Position numbers and translations under genes: made by a program | The notes under the pieces: model-generated | Databases searched by the model: none | The model's input: the letters and a program-made list of their open reading frames with translations, nothing else | What the model was told of the DNA's origin: nothing | Assembly (NCBI GenBank): GCA_963740065.1 | Contig: CAVUCS010000002.1 | Location: 126,858-190,857 of the forward strand | From: an uncultured Solirubrobacterales bacterium | Lineage (GTDB): Bacteria > Actinomycetota > Thermoleophilia > Solirubrobacterales > 70-9 | Direction of reading: 5' to 3' | Length of the DNA: 64,000 nt | Part shown: in pieces, positions 45,131 through 53,678 of the stretch | Layout: the number at the start of each line of letters is the position of its first letter | Position numbering within the stretch: the stretch's first letter is position 1

Positions 45131-46254
45131 TGGACTATCTGGGCCGGGACCTGGGAGAGCGGCTCGGCGAGGGCGTCGATCGCGCGCGCCAGCGCCCGCG
45201 TGTCGGCGTTGCTCAGCTCCGTGTAGGGGACGAAGCCGTCGCCGCGTCGGTAGGGGGCGAGCGCCGCGTAGACCTCGTCGAAGCGACTCTCGATCTCGTC
45301 GGCCAGCTCCGGATCCTCCCCCCGCAGCAGAGGTTCCACCGCTTCGAACGCCGCTTGGGAGCCCTCGACGTTGGCCTCGAAGTCGACCAGGTCGATGTGG
45401 GAGTAGCGCTCCTCCTCGCCGGTGATCTTCGAGGCGGAGACTTCGCCGAGCAGCTCGTTGGCGCCGTTGGCGATCGCCGCTGCCTGCAGCGTGACTGTCC
45501 GCGCCTTGACCCGCAGCTCCTTCACGTCAGCCAGCAGGCGGCGGGCGACGGGGGCCATCCCCGCGGTTGTGTCCTTGACCCACAGCGCCTGTTCGATTTT
45601 GTGAAAGCCCGCGAACTCCTCCGCCGGCACGTCGTTGGCGCGGGCGTCGATCCGGGGGTCCAGCTCACCGAAGGCCTCGGCCACCGGCTCGACCCGCTCG
45701 TAGGGGATGCGCGCCGCCGGGTACAGCGCCTTGGCGCGGGCGACGTCGCCCGCGATCACGGCGGCGACGAAGGGCTCGGTCGCCGCGACCAGCTCATCGG
45801 TGTTGCGCTCGACGTATGCGCGGTAGCGGGCGACCGCCGCGTCCAACTTCGGGTTGGACTGCGCCGCCCCCGCGCCGGTGACCGTGAGAATGCCCCGCTC
45901 TCGCTCGCCGCCGGGGCAGAAGAGAACGTACTTGCCGGCCTTCAGGTTGAGGGAGAAGCTGCCGGTTTCGCCGTCGTCGAGGTCCTCCGCCTCGGCGAGG
46001 ATCTGGTCCACGCCCAGCACCTCCAGCTCGCGGACCTTTGCGGCGCCGGCGTTGGTGACCTCGAAGTTGACGGGGCCGGCGACGACCGTTGCTTCGGCCG
46101 GCGAGCAGCCGGCGTCGGTCAACTTGAAGGAGAGGGTGCGGGTATCGCTTCCCCCACCGGCGGCGGGGGACTCGTCATCGGAAGAGCCGCAGCCCGAGGC
46201 GAGAAGGCCGACCGCGACGAGGGCCGGCAGGGACGAGAACAGGAGCTTCTTCAC
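45127..46254 (-). CDS. efeO: iron-uptake lipoprotein EfeO-like (cupredoxin-like N-domain plus imelysin/M75 domain)
   Basis: Lipobox LLASGCG, an N-terminal beta domain and a C-terminal imelysin-like region (GFHKIEQALW). GTG start at 46254 with GGAGGA upstream. Confidence 0.8.
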   Translation of the reverse strand: MKKLLFSSLPALVAVGLLASGCGSSDDESPAAGGGSDTRTLSFKLTDAGCSPAEATVVAGPVNFEVTNAGAAKVRELEVLGVDQILAEAEDLDDGETGSFSLNLKAGKYVLFCPGGERERGILTVTGAGAAQSNPKLDAAVARYRAYVERNTDELVAATEPFVAAVIAGDVARAKALYPAARIPYERVEPVAEAFGELDPRIDARANDVPAEEFAGFHKIEQALWVKDTTAGMAPVARRLLADVKELRVKARTVTLQAAAIANGANELLGEVSASKITGEEERYSHIDLVDFEANVEGSQAAFEAVEPLLRGEDPELADEIESRFDEVYAALAPYRRGDGFVPYTELSNADTRALARAIDALAEPLSQVPAQIVQ

Positions 46255-46270
46255 TTATTCCTCCAGGTTG

Positions 46271-46294
46271 AATTAGGGCGCCCTAATTAGGGCG
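46271..46294. promoter_or_regulatory. overlapping palindromes (three alternating TTAGGGCG / CGCCCTAA half-sites) upstream of efeO; candidate operator
   Basis: AATTAGGGCGCCCTAATT (46271-46288, perfect 18-bp palindrome) overlaps CGCCCTAATTAGGGCG (46279-46294, perfect 16-bp palindrome). It lies 17-40 nt upstream of the efeO GTG. Confidence 0.4.
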
Positions 46295-46320
46295 GCCGAA
46301 AACCTAGCAGGATGGTCGGG

Positions 46321-47715
46321 TTACGAGTGTCTTGGCAGCCAGGGCTCGTACCACTGGCAGATCCCGCGGGTGAGGTCGTTGGCCTGCTTCGGGCCCCAGG
46401 TGCCGGGTTCGTAGGGGTGAACCGGGCCGGGCTCGTCGAGCAGGGGCTGCACTATGCGCCAGGTTTCCTCGACCGCGTCTTCGCGGGTGAAGAGCTGGTC
46501 GCGGCCGGCGAGCGCGTCGCTGAGCAGCCGCTCGTAGGGCTCGGGGTCCTCACCGGGGACTTTCTCGAAGAGGACCTCGAGGTCGGCAGGTTCGAACGCC
46601 TCCTCTCCCGCCTGCTTGGCGAATAGGCGCAGCCGCGCGCCGGGTTCGGGCTCGATCCGGATTGTCAGCTGGTTCTGCTCCGGCAATTTGCCCGGCCCCA
46701 CGCCCAATCGCGGCGGCCGCTTGAAGACGACGCTCACCTCGGAGGCCTTGACCGGCAGGCACTTGCCCGCCCGGACGAAGAACGGGACCCCGCTCCAGCG
46801 CCAGTTGTCGACCTCAAGCTCGATCGCGGCGTAGGTCTCGGTGGTCGAGTCGGCGGCCACATCTCTGACCTCGAGGAAGCCGTCGTACTGGCCGCGGACG
46901 TAGCGCGCCGGGTCGGCCGTGCGGATTGCCTTGAACAGCTCCAGCTTCTTGTCCCGCACCGAGTCGGGGTGGTTGCCGGCCGGCGGCTCCATCGCGATCA
47001 GCGAGAGCACCTGGAGGGCGTGGTTCTGGATCACGTCGCGCATCGCCCCGACCGCGTCGTAAAAGCGCCCGCGGTCATCGACGCCGAAGTTCTCGGCGAT
47101 CGTCATCTGCACGTGGGAGACGTGCTCGCGGTTCCAGACCGGCTCCAGCATCGAGTTGGCGAAGCGCAGGTAGGCGATGTCCATCACCGGTTCCTTGCCG
47201 AGGTAATGGTCGATCCGCAGGATCTGCTCTTCGGTCAGCACCTCATGCAGGTCGGCGTTGAGGGATCGCGCCGACTCCAGGTCGTGGCCGAAGGGCTTCT
47301 CGATCACCACCCTGGTGTCCTCGGCCAGGCCCGCCGCGCCGAGGCCGTGCACGACGGTGGCGAAGAGGGACGGCGGAACCTCCAGGTAGAAGACCGGCCG
47401 CTTGGCGTCGCCGACGGCGTCGGCGACGCGCTCGAAGGTGGCGGCATCGGCGTAGTCCCCCTGGACGTAGGAGATGCGGGCCGCGAGGCGGGAAAAGACG
47501 TCCTCGTCGGGGTCCTCGATCGTCGCCGCGATCGCCTCGCGGGCGTGCCCGCGCAGTCGCTCGATGTCCCAGTCGTCGATCGCGACGCCGACGATCGGGC
47601 AGTTGAGCATGCCCCGCGCCTCAAGCCGGTACAGCGCCCGGAAGGTCATTTTCTTCGCCAGGTCCCCGGTGATGCCGAAGATGACGAGCACGTCCGCTGT
47701 GGCATCGTCACTCAT
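46321..47715 (-). CDS. zwf: glucose-6-phosphate dehydrogenase
   Basis: FGITGDLAKK NADP site and the RIDHYLGKE active-site motif. ATG at 47715; the upstream part of the track ORF is not G6PD-like. Confidence 0.9.
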   Translation of the reverse strand: MSDDATADVLVIFGITGDLAKKMTFRALYRLEARGMLNCPIVGVAIDDWDIERLRGHAREAIAATIEDPDEDVFSRLAARISYVQGDYADAATFERVADAVGDAKRPVFYLEVPPSLFATVVHGLGAAGLAEDTRVVIEKPFGHDLESARSLNADLHEVLTEEQILRIDHYLGKEPVMDIAYLRFANSMLEPVWNREHVSHVQMTIAENFGVDDRGRFYDAVGAMRDVIQNHALQVLSLIAMEPPAGNHPDSVRDKKLELFKAIRTADPARYVRGQYDGFLEVRDVAADSTTETYAAIELEVDNWRWSGVPFFVRAGKCLPVKASEVSVVFKRPPRLGVGPGKLPEQNQLTIRIEPEPGARLRLFAKQAGEEAFEPADLEVLFEKVPGEDPEPYERLLSDALAGRDQLFTREDAVEETWRIVQPLLDEPGPVHPYEPGTWGPKQANDLTRGICQWYEPWLPRHS

Positions 47716-47757
47716 CGCGCTGCAGGCTATCGACCCCTGCCGCCCCGCCCGCCGAGA

Positions 47758-47810
47758 CCCAGGTGAAACGCATACGCCGGCTATTTCACCGCGTATGCGT
47801 TTCACCTGGG
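47758..47810. repeat. hairpin H3 (20-bp perfect stem) between divergent zwf and gnd
   Basis: CCCAGGTGAAACGCATACGC-CGGCTATTTCACC-GCGTATGCGTTTCACCTGGG. Confidence 0.85.
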
Positions 47811-47832
47811 TGGTGGCCAGTAGGGTTGGGGC

Positions 47833-48849
47833 ATGGAGCTTGGGATCGTCGGGCTGGGCCGCATGGGCGCGAACATCGCTCGCCGCTTGATGCGCGATGG
47901 CCACCGCTGCGTCGTCTACGACGTCAACCCGGCTGTGGTGAAGGAGCTCGAGGGGGAGGGGGCCGACGGCGCCGCCTCACTTGAGGAGCTGGCTTCGAAG
48001 ATGAGCGCTCCGCGCGCCGTCTGGGTGATGGTCCCGGCCGGGGAGATCACCGAGAAGACGGTCGCCGCGGTTGCCGAGGTCCTCGATGCCGGCGACGCGA
48101 TCATCGACGGCGGCAACTCCTACTACCGCGACGACATGCGCCGCGCCGCCGAAGTCGGCGAGAAGGGGATCGACTACATCGACTGCGGCACCAGCGGCGG
48201 AGTCTTCGGCCTCGAGCGCGGCTACTGCCTGATGATCGGCGGGCCGGATGGGGCGGTGCGGCGGCTGGACCCGATCTTTGGGGCGCTCGCCCCGGGCGTC
48301 GAGTCGGCCGAGCGCACGCCCGGACGCGGTGGTGACCCGACTCCGGCCGAGAACGGCTACCTGCACTGCGGTCCAAGCGGCGCTGGGCACTTCGTGAAGA
48401 TGGTCCACAACGGAATCGAGTACGGGGTGATGGCCGCCTACGCCGAGGGTCTGAACATCCTCAAGAACGCCAACGCGGGCAAGGTGCAGCGCGAGGCCGA
48501 CGCCGAGACGGCGCCGCTCGAGAACCCCGAGAACTACCAGTTCGACATCGACATTCCCGAAGTCGCTGAGGTATGGCGGCGAGGCAGCGTGATCGGCTCC
48601 TGGCTACTCGATCTGACCGCCGCGTCGCTGCAGGAGTCATCGGACCTCTCGGACTTCTCCGGTCGCGTCTCCGACTCCGGCGAGGGTCGTTGGACCTCGA
48701 TCGCCGCGATTGAGGAGGGCGTGCCCGCGCCCGTGCTCACCTCCGCTCTCTATGAGCGGTTCTCCTCACGCGGCCTCGACGACTTCGCCGACAGAGTGCT
48801 CTCGGCGATGCGCAAGCAGTTCGGTGGGCACGACGAGAAGAGCTCGTGA
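47833..48849 (+). CDS. gnd: 6-phosphogluconate dehydrogenase, decarboxylating (short Gnd/YqeC type)
   Basis: IVGLGRMGANIARRL Rossmann motif, GHFVKMVHNGIEYG, ~340-aa short form. Confidence 0.85.
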   Translation: MELGIVGLGRMGANIARRLMRDGHRCVVYDVNPAVVKELEGEGADGAASLEELASKMSAPRAVWVMVPAGEITEKTVAAVAEVLDAGDAIIDGGNSYYRDDMRRAAEVGEKGIDYIDCGTSGGVFGLERGYCLMIGGPDGAVRRLDPIFGALAPGVESAERTPGRGGDPTPAENGYLHCGPSGAGHFVKMVHNGIEYGVMAAYAEGLNILKNANAGKVQREADAETAPLENPENYQFDIDIPEVAEVWRRGSVIGSWLLDLTAASLQESSDLSDFSGRVSDSGEGRWTSIAAIEEGVPAPVLTSALYERFSSRGLDDFADRVLSAMRKQFGGHDEKSS

Positions 48850-48868
48850 AGCGCAAATCGGTGCTCTA

Positions 48869-49540
48869 GTGGGCATCGACCTCGAGGTGGTCGCCGACGA
48901 TCGCGCGGCCGCTCACCGGGCCGCTGAGTTGATCGCGGAGGCGGGGCAGGCGGCCGTACGCGAGCGTGGTTTCTTCGCTTTGGCGATGAGCGGTGGGCGG
49001 ACGCCGTGGGCGATGCTGGCGATCCTCGGCGACAACGAGGAGATGCCGTGGGGGGAGACCGAGTTGTTCCAGGTCGACGAGCGGATCGCTTCGCCCGGCA
49101 GTCAGGAGCGCAACCTCACTCACATGGTCTTGGGGCTGTCGATGGACCATCAGGCTTCTCTGCGCCCGATGCCGGTCACTCAGCGCGACCTCGAGGCGGC
49201 GGCGAGCGAGTACGAGTCTCAGCTGCCCGACCCACTCGATCTGGTTCACCTCGGTCTCGGCGCCGACGGCCACACCGCCTCCCTGGTCCCTGGCGACCCG
49301 GTTCTGAAGGTGGACGACCGCCGCGTCGCCTTGACCGAGACTGCCTATCAGGACCATCGCCGTATGACCCTCACCTATCCGGCGATCGACGCTGCCCGCC
49401 AGATCGTCTGGATGGTCACTGGCGAGGAGAAGCGCGACGCGTTGAGCCGGTTGCTGGACGCCGATGCTTCGATCCCCGCGGGTCGGGTCCGCAACGAGTC
49501 GATGACCGTGGTCGCCGACGAAGCCGCCGCGGGCTCCTGA
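48869..49540 (+). CDS. pgl: 6-phosphogluconolactonase
   Basis: ALSGG-type motif (LAMSGGRTP), FQVDER and LGLGADGHTASL. GTG at 48869, 20 nt after the gnd stop; the start is approximate. Confidence 0.75.
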   Translation: MGIDLEVVADDRAAAHRAAELIAEAGQAAVRERGFFALAMSGGRTPWAMLAILGDNEEMPWGETELFQVDERIASPGSQERNLTHMVLGLSMDHQASLRPMPVTQRDLEAAASEYESQLPDPLDLVHLGLGADGHTASLVPGDPVLKVDDRRVALTETAYQDHRRMTLTYPAIDAARQIVWMVTGEEKRDALSRLLDADASIPAGRVRNESMTVVADEAAAGS

Positions 49541-49559
49541 TTAGAAGGAAACTTCGCTG

Positions 49560-50252
49560 CTAGGCGGCGATTGAGCAGAGGGTCTTCTGCTCGGCGCCGG
49601 CGGCCTTCAGCTTTGCCTTCGCGACTTTGACCGCGTGGCGTGCCTTGGACTTGCGTCGGTGGGAGCCACTCTTCAATGCCCGTTTCAGCTGCCGCTTGGC
49701 CTTGCTGAGCGCAGCTTGGGCCTTAGAAGTGTCGGCCGTCGCCGTCCGGCATTGCGCCTGAATCGCGGCGGGGGAACTGAACGAGCCTGCCCCGGAGCCC
49801 GAGGTTCTTATCGCGTAAGTCTCGTCGAACTGGTCGAACTCTTCGGTCTCGAGCGAGAGGTAGTACACGCCGGGGTCGAGGGTTTCGTCGAGGGTGTCAA
49901 AGCCGTCGTCGAGGAAGCCGTCGGCGGGGAAGACATCGATGCTGTCGACCTCTGTACCTTCGGAGTCGTCCAGCTCGGCGTAGAGACCACCGCCATCGAC
50001 GGTCGGGTCGCTGATCGTGAGCTCGACCCGGGAAGCCGGTTTTGTCACGTAGAAGAAGTAGGTGTCGACGTCGGCGTCGTTCTCGAGGACGCCGCTGTAA
50101 GTGGCGCCGGAGGCCAGCGGCCCGTTTGCCGTCTCGAAGCTGTCGTTTGGCTCCGACTCGGCTTGGGCGATGGAGGCGAAGCAGAGCGCCAGGGTGAGGA
50201 CGGCGCCGGCGGCGATGGATGCAAGCTTTGAGAGCGTCGAAGTCATGGCCAC
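49560..50252 (-). CDS. secreted protein with pre-peptidase C-terminal (PPC) domain and a basic coiled tail
   Basis: Signal peptide, an EPNDSFETAN..DVDTYFF PPC signature and a Lys/Ala-rich C-terminus. Confidence 0.55.
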   Translation of the reverse strand: MAMTSTLSKLASIAAGAVLTLALCFASIAQAESEPNDSFETANGPLASGATYSGVLENDADVDTYFFYVTKPASRVELTISDPTVDGGGLYAELDDSEGTEVDSIDVFPADGFLDDGFDTLDETLDPGVYYLSLETEEFDQFDETYAIRTSGSGAGSFSSPAAIQAQCRTATADTSKAQAALSKAKRQLKRALKSGSHRRKSKARHAVKVAKAKLKAAGAEQKTLCSIAA

Positions 50253-50290
50253 TGTGATCGGCCAAACTCGCGGAAAGTTGAGCCCGACGA

Positions 50291-50959
50291 TCAGGACAAC
50301 GTCAAATGTTCCACGGCGCTCCCACGTCCAACCAGGACTTCACTGACCATAGCCGCTGGGAAGAGGCCGTGTGCGGCTATGCCGGGATCCGCTTCCAGCC
50401 GCGCGGCGAGCGCGGTGGGGTCGCCGACTTCGCCGTTGAAGTCGGCGATCACGCCGGCGTCTGGGCTACGCGGAGCGTCGCGCAGGGCAACCGCGTCGCC
50501 GAGGCGGGCCAGGGTGGAGCGCAAGCCGAAGGCGAACAGCTCCAGCGGGACGGGTGAAACCAGCGCGTCGACCGGCTTGCTGGAATCGGCGATCACGACG
50601 AAGCGGTCGGCCGCCGCGGCGACGATCTTCTCGCGCAGGTGGGCGCCGCCGCCGCCCTTGATCAGCCAGCCGTCCGGAGTCACCTGGTCGGTGCCGTCGA
50701 TCGCGATGTCGAGCCGCTCCAACGTTCCGAACTCCTCGACTGGGATGCCGAGCTCCTTCGCCTGCTCCTCGGTGGCGATCGAGGTGGCGACGCAGCGGAT
50801 GCCGTTCAGCCCTCGGGCGGCGATCGCCGGCAGCAGCAATTCAACGGTTGAGCCGGTCCCCAGCCCGACGGCCATCCCGTCTTCGACCAGCTCCGCCGCG
50901 GCCTCCGCCGCGATTTGCTTCTCTTCGATCGCCGCGCACTCACCGGTGAAACGCGTCAC
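50291..50959 (-). CDS. rpiA: ribose-5-phosphate isomerase A
   Basis: VGLGTGST, IDGTDQV and KGGGGAHLREK motifs. Confidence 0.85.
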   Translation of the reverse strand: MTRFTGECAAIEEKQIAAEAAAELVEDGMAVGLGTGSTVELLLPAIAARGLNGIRCVATSIATEEQAKELGIPVEEFGTLERLDIAIDGTDQVTPDGWLIKGGGGAHLREKIVAAAADRFVVIADSSKPVDALVSPVPLELFAFGLRSTLARLGDAVALRDAPRSPDAGVIADFNGEVGDPTALAARLEADPGIAAHGLFPAAMVSEVLVGRGSAVEHLTLS

Positions 50960-50991
50960 ATAGGACGCTTTGCGTCTATGCTCGCGAGACG

Positions 50992-51570
50992 ATGGATGCG
51001 CGGGTTTGGCTGACGGGAAGCGATGGGGCGCCGATCTCGGTGGCGCTCGCTGAGCGGACGGTGGTCGGCCGCGATCCCGAGGCGGACATCTCCCTCGATG
51101 ACGAAGCGGTTTCCTGGCACCACCTCGAGATTGAGGATCGCGGCGGTGTCTTGATGGCGACCGATCTCGACAGCCGCAACGGCACTGTGTTGAACGGCGA
51201 GCCGCTCGACCGGCCGCGGCGGCTGCGCGACGGTGACGTCCTCACCCTTGGCGAGCACCGCCTGGAGGTCTCGGACAAGCTGCCCGGGCGGGCCGGCGCC
51301 ACCGTGCCCGTCGCCGAGCCTTCCGTTCCGCTCAGCGAGGAGGAGCGGGCAACGGCCACGGCGCTGGTCGCCCCCTACCGCAGTGAGGGCGCCTTCGCCG
51401 GTCGCCCCGCCACCCGAGCCGAGATCGCCGAAGCGCTGCACGTCAGCGAGCGGACCGCCCAGCGCCGCCTCGACGCCCTCGCCGCAAAGCTCGACATTCC
51501 CGGCGACTCCGGTCGCGAGCGCCCCCGCCTGATTGCCGCCCGCGTGATCGAGCTCGGCCTGGACCGCTGA
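50992..51570 (+). CDS. FHA-domain protein with a C-terminal HTH
   Basis: FHA core (VGRDPEADISLDDEAVSWHHLEI...SRNGTVLNG) and a C-terminal HTH-like segment (RAEIAEALHVSERTAQRRLDAL). Confidence 0.75.
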   Translation: MDARVWLTGSDGAPISVALAERTVVGRDPEADISLDDEAVSWHHLEIEDRGGVLMATDLDSRNGTVLNGEPLDRPRRLRDGDVLTLGEHRLEVSDKLPGRAGATVPVAEPSVPLSEEERATATALVAPYRSEGAFAGRPATRAEIAEALHVSERTAQRRLDALAAKLDIPGDSGRERPRLIAARVIELGLDR

Positions 51571-51616
51571 GTTTGTCGTTTGGGGTCATATTGCCCTCCA
51601 AACGACAAACTCAGCG
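51565..51616. repeat. hairpin H4 (19-bp stem) overlapping the FHA-gene stop codon
   Basis: CGCTGAGTTTGTCGTTTGG-GGTCATATTGCCCT-CCAAACGACAAACTCAGCG. The TGA of the FHA gene is at 51568-51570, in the left arm. Confidence 0.85.
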
Positions 51617-51737
51617 TGGGGTAGTGGCTCGGAGCGGGCCAAACGTGGCCCGATGGGCGTCGCCGTTGTCGTTGGCGCGCCCGCCTTGGGCCAGCAGCAT
51701 CGGTTGAGCAACCGCAACCGACCCGAAAGGGACCTCA

Positions 51738-52817
51738 ATGCTCAACCGAACGCTTCTCATCTCGCTTCTTGCCCTCTGCGCGCTGGCGATTCCCGCCGGC
51801 GCCTCGGCGGCGTCCGCCGATTCCGGCGCGGTCGTCTTCTCTCGCGCGGTCGTCGATGCCGACGGCGTCGAGGGTGGTCTCTATGCCGCTCGCAACCACC
51901 ATCTCAACCAGCTCACCGAAGACCCGACCGACAGCCAGCCCAATTTCTCCGCCGATGGCCGCACGATCGCCTTCGTTCGCGGTGGCGACATCTGGGCGAT
52001 GCGGGCCGACGGCTCCGGGCAGCATGTCCTGACCTCCGGCGCCGACCTCGACGGGCGGCCGCTGGTTTCGCCAAATGGTCGCTACGTCGTCTTCGAGCGC
52101 CGCTCGGCCGCGGACGCGCCGCGCGACCTCTACACGGTGCGGATCGGTGGCGGCGAAGCTCGCTCGCTCGCTTCCTCGCCGGTCGACGAGCGCGAGGCGA
52201 CATTCGCCCCCGACGGCTCCGCGATCGCCTTCGTCCGCGCCGTCGCAGCCGCCGACGGCAGCGCACGGGACGATGTCTTCTCGGTTCGCCCGACGGGATC
52301 TCGTTTGCGGCGGCTTACGCGCACCGCCGGGATCGACGAGTTCGCGCCGCGCTGGTTCGCCCGCGGCAGAGGCATCGTCTTCAGCCGCGGCAAGTCCGGC
52401 GACGGGCCCGGCGCCTACGCCGACGTCTACATCATGCGCAGCAACGGTCGCAAGGTCCGCCCGCTGGTTCGTGGCGCCGGCTCGGCTTTCGTCGAGGACG
52501 TCGGCAACAACGGCAGGGGGATGCTCCTCTTCCGCCGCGACCAGGGTCTCTGGGTTAAGCGGATCGGATATGGGCGCGCCCGCAAACTGACCGAGGTCGC
52601 CGACGGCTCCGCCACCAACGCCGTCTTCTCCTCGGACGGCCGCAGGGTCGCCGCTTTCGTCGCCACAGATGAGGACGAGTCGCTCTCCTCGCTCGACGTC
52701 CGCACCGGTCGCGCCACCAACCTCGCCTACGGCTTCCACCTGGCCGACGGCGAGGTCGCGTCGACGGTCGGCCCGGTGATCGCCTGGCAGCCGGTTCGCC
52801 AGGCTCGCCGCCACTAA
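51738..52817 (+). CDS. secreted TolB-like PD40 beta-propeller protein
   Basis: Signal peptide and repeated P.FS.DG..IAF / SP.G..VVF PD40 motifs. The equal-length antisense ORF has no motifs. Confidence 0.7.
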   Translation: MLNRTLLISLLALCALAIPAGASAASADSGAVVFSRAVVDADGVEGGLYAARNHHLNQLTEDPTDSQPNFSADGRTIAFVRGGDIWAMRADGSGQHVLTSGADLDGRPLVSPNGRYVVFERRSAADAPRDLYTVRIGGGEARSLASSPVDEREATFAPDGSAIAFVRAVAAADGSARDDVFSVRPTGSRLRRLTRTAGIDEFAPRWFARGRGIVFSRGKSGDGPGAYADVYIMRSNGRKVRPLVRGAGSAFVEDVGNNGRGMLLFRRDQGLWVKRIGYGRARKLTEVADGSATNAVFSSDGRRVAAFVATDEDESLSSLDVRTGRATNLAYGFHLADGEVASTVGPVIAWQPVRQARRH

Positions 52818-52900
52818 GCGCGGATATGCCGGGAGCCGGGCGCGGCGACGCGCCCGGCTCCCGCGCTTCGCGTGCGCGGCCTATAGCCTGCGCTCGCCCA

Positions 52901-53644
52901 ATGCCGTCCCAGCCGAAGATCGTTCTCCACGCCGTCCCCTTCTCGCACCCGGTCCTTGCGGTGAGCGGCGCCCTCGACTATCTCGACCTTGAGTACGAGA
53001 CGGTGCAGCTGGTCCTCGGCAAGCAGGCCGAGGAGGTTGAGCGCATCTATGGCGAGGGGCGCAAGACCGTGCCCGGGCTGTTGGTGGACGACGAGCCGGC
53101 GCACGGTACGGCTGCGGTTTTCTCGCGCATCGACGAGTTGCGGCCGGACGGCGGTCTCTATCCGGCCGCGGTCGCGGATGCCGTGCGCGAGGCGGAGGCC
53201 GGCCTCGCGCAGGAGATTCAGCAGACCGCGCGGGTGCTCTCCTTCGGGGCGCTGTATTTCCGCCCGGAGTCGATGGGCACGTTCTCGGGAATTGACCAGC
53301 TCGACCCGCGCGGGGTCGACTTCGCGATCAAGTCGGTGCGCGCCGCCTGGCGCTACCTCGGAATCACCGCCGAGCTGGTCCACGCCACCCTGCAGGAGCT
53401 TCCGAAGCAGCTCGACGCGGTGGACGCCCTCGCCGACATTGGAGCGATCGGCGGCGAAGTCCCCACCGCGGCCGACTTCCAGCTCGGCTCCACGCTGCAC
53501 CTGCTCGATCAGATCGCCGATCTGCGCCCGCTGCTCGCCGACCGCCCCGCGGGCGCGCTCGCTCCCGCCTGGTTCGAGAAAGGCGCGGGCGACATCACGG
53601 CCGGCGCTTTCCCGCCCGGCTGGGTCCCGGCGCCCGGTCGATAG
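52901..53644 (+). CDS. glutathione S-transferase-like (thioredoxin-fold N-domain) protein
   Basis: From Met 52901: IVLHAVPFSHPV...LEYETVQL...KTVPGLLVDD matches the GST N-domain pattern. Weak call. Confidence 0.5.
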   Translation: MPSQPKIVLHAVPFSHPVLAVSGALDYLDLEYETVQLVLGKQAEEVERIYGEGRKTVPGLLVDDEPAHGTAAVFSRIDELRPDGGLYPAAVADAVREAEAGLAQEIQQTARVLSFGALYFRPESMGTFSGIDQLDPRGVDFAIKSVRAAWRYLGITAELVHATLQELPKQLDAVDALADIGAIGGEVPTAADFQLGSTLHLLDQIADLRPLLADRPAGALAPAWFEKGAGDITAGAFPPGWVPAPGR

Positions 53645-53678
53645 CCGCTCCAGCCCCGGGCGAAGGTATAACCGCCTC

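Noticed and set aside
46271-46294. Calling the efeO upstream palindrome a bona fide IdeR/DtxR iron box.
   Set aside because: Only the TTAGG/CCTAA arms resemble the 19-bp consensus, and the central bases and spacing differ. It is reported as a candidate operator for an unknown regulator instead.
51735-52814. Long antisense or alternative-frame ORFs mirroring real genes (for example 51735-52814 minus, 5881-6768 plus, 24661-25959 plus, 58699-60069 minus, 61669-62898 minus, 20491-21306 minus).
   Set aside because: Their products are Arg/Pro/Gly/Ala-rich and low-complexity with no motifs, and each lies opposite a gene with clear family signatures. This is the expected stop-codon-poor artefact of GC-rich DNA.
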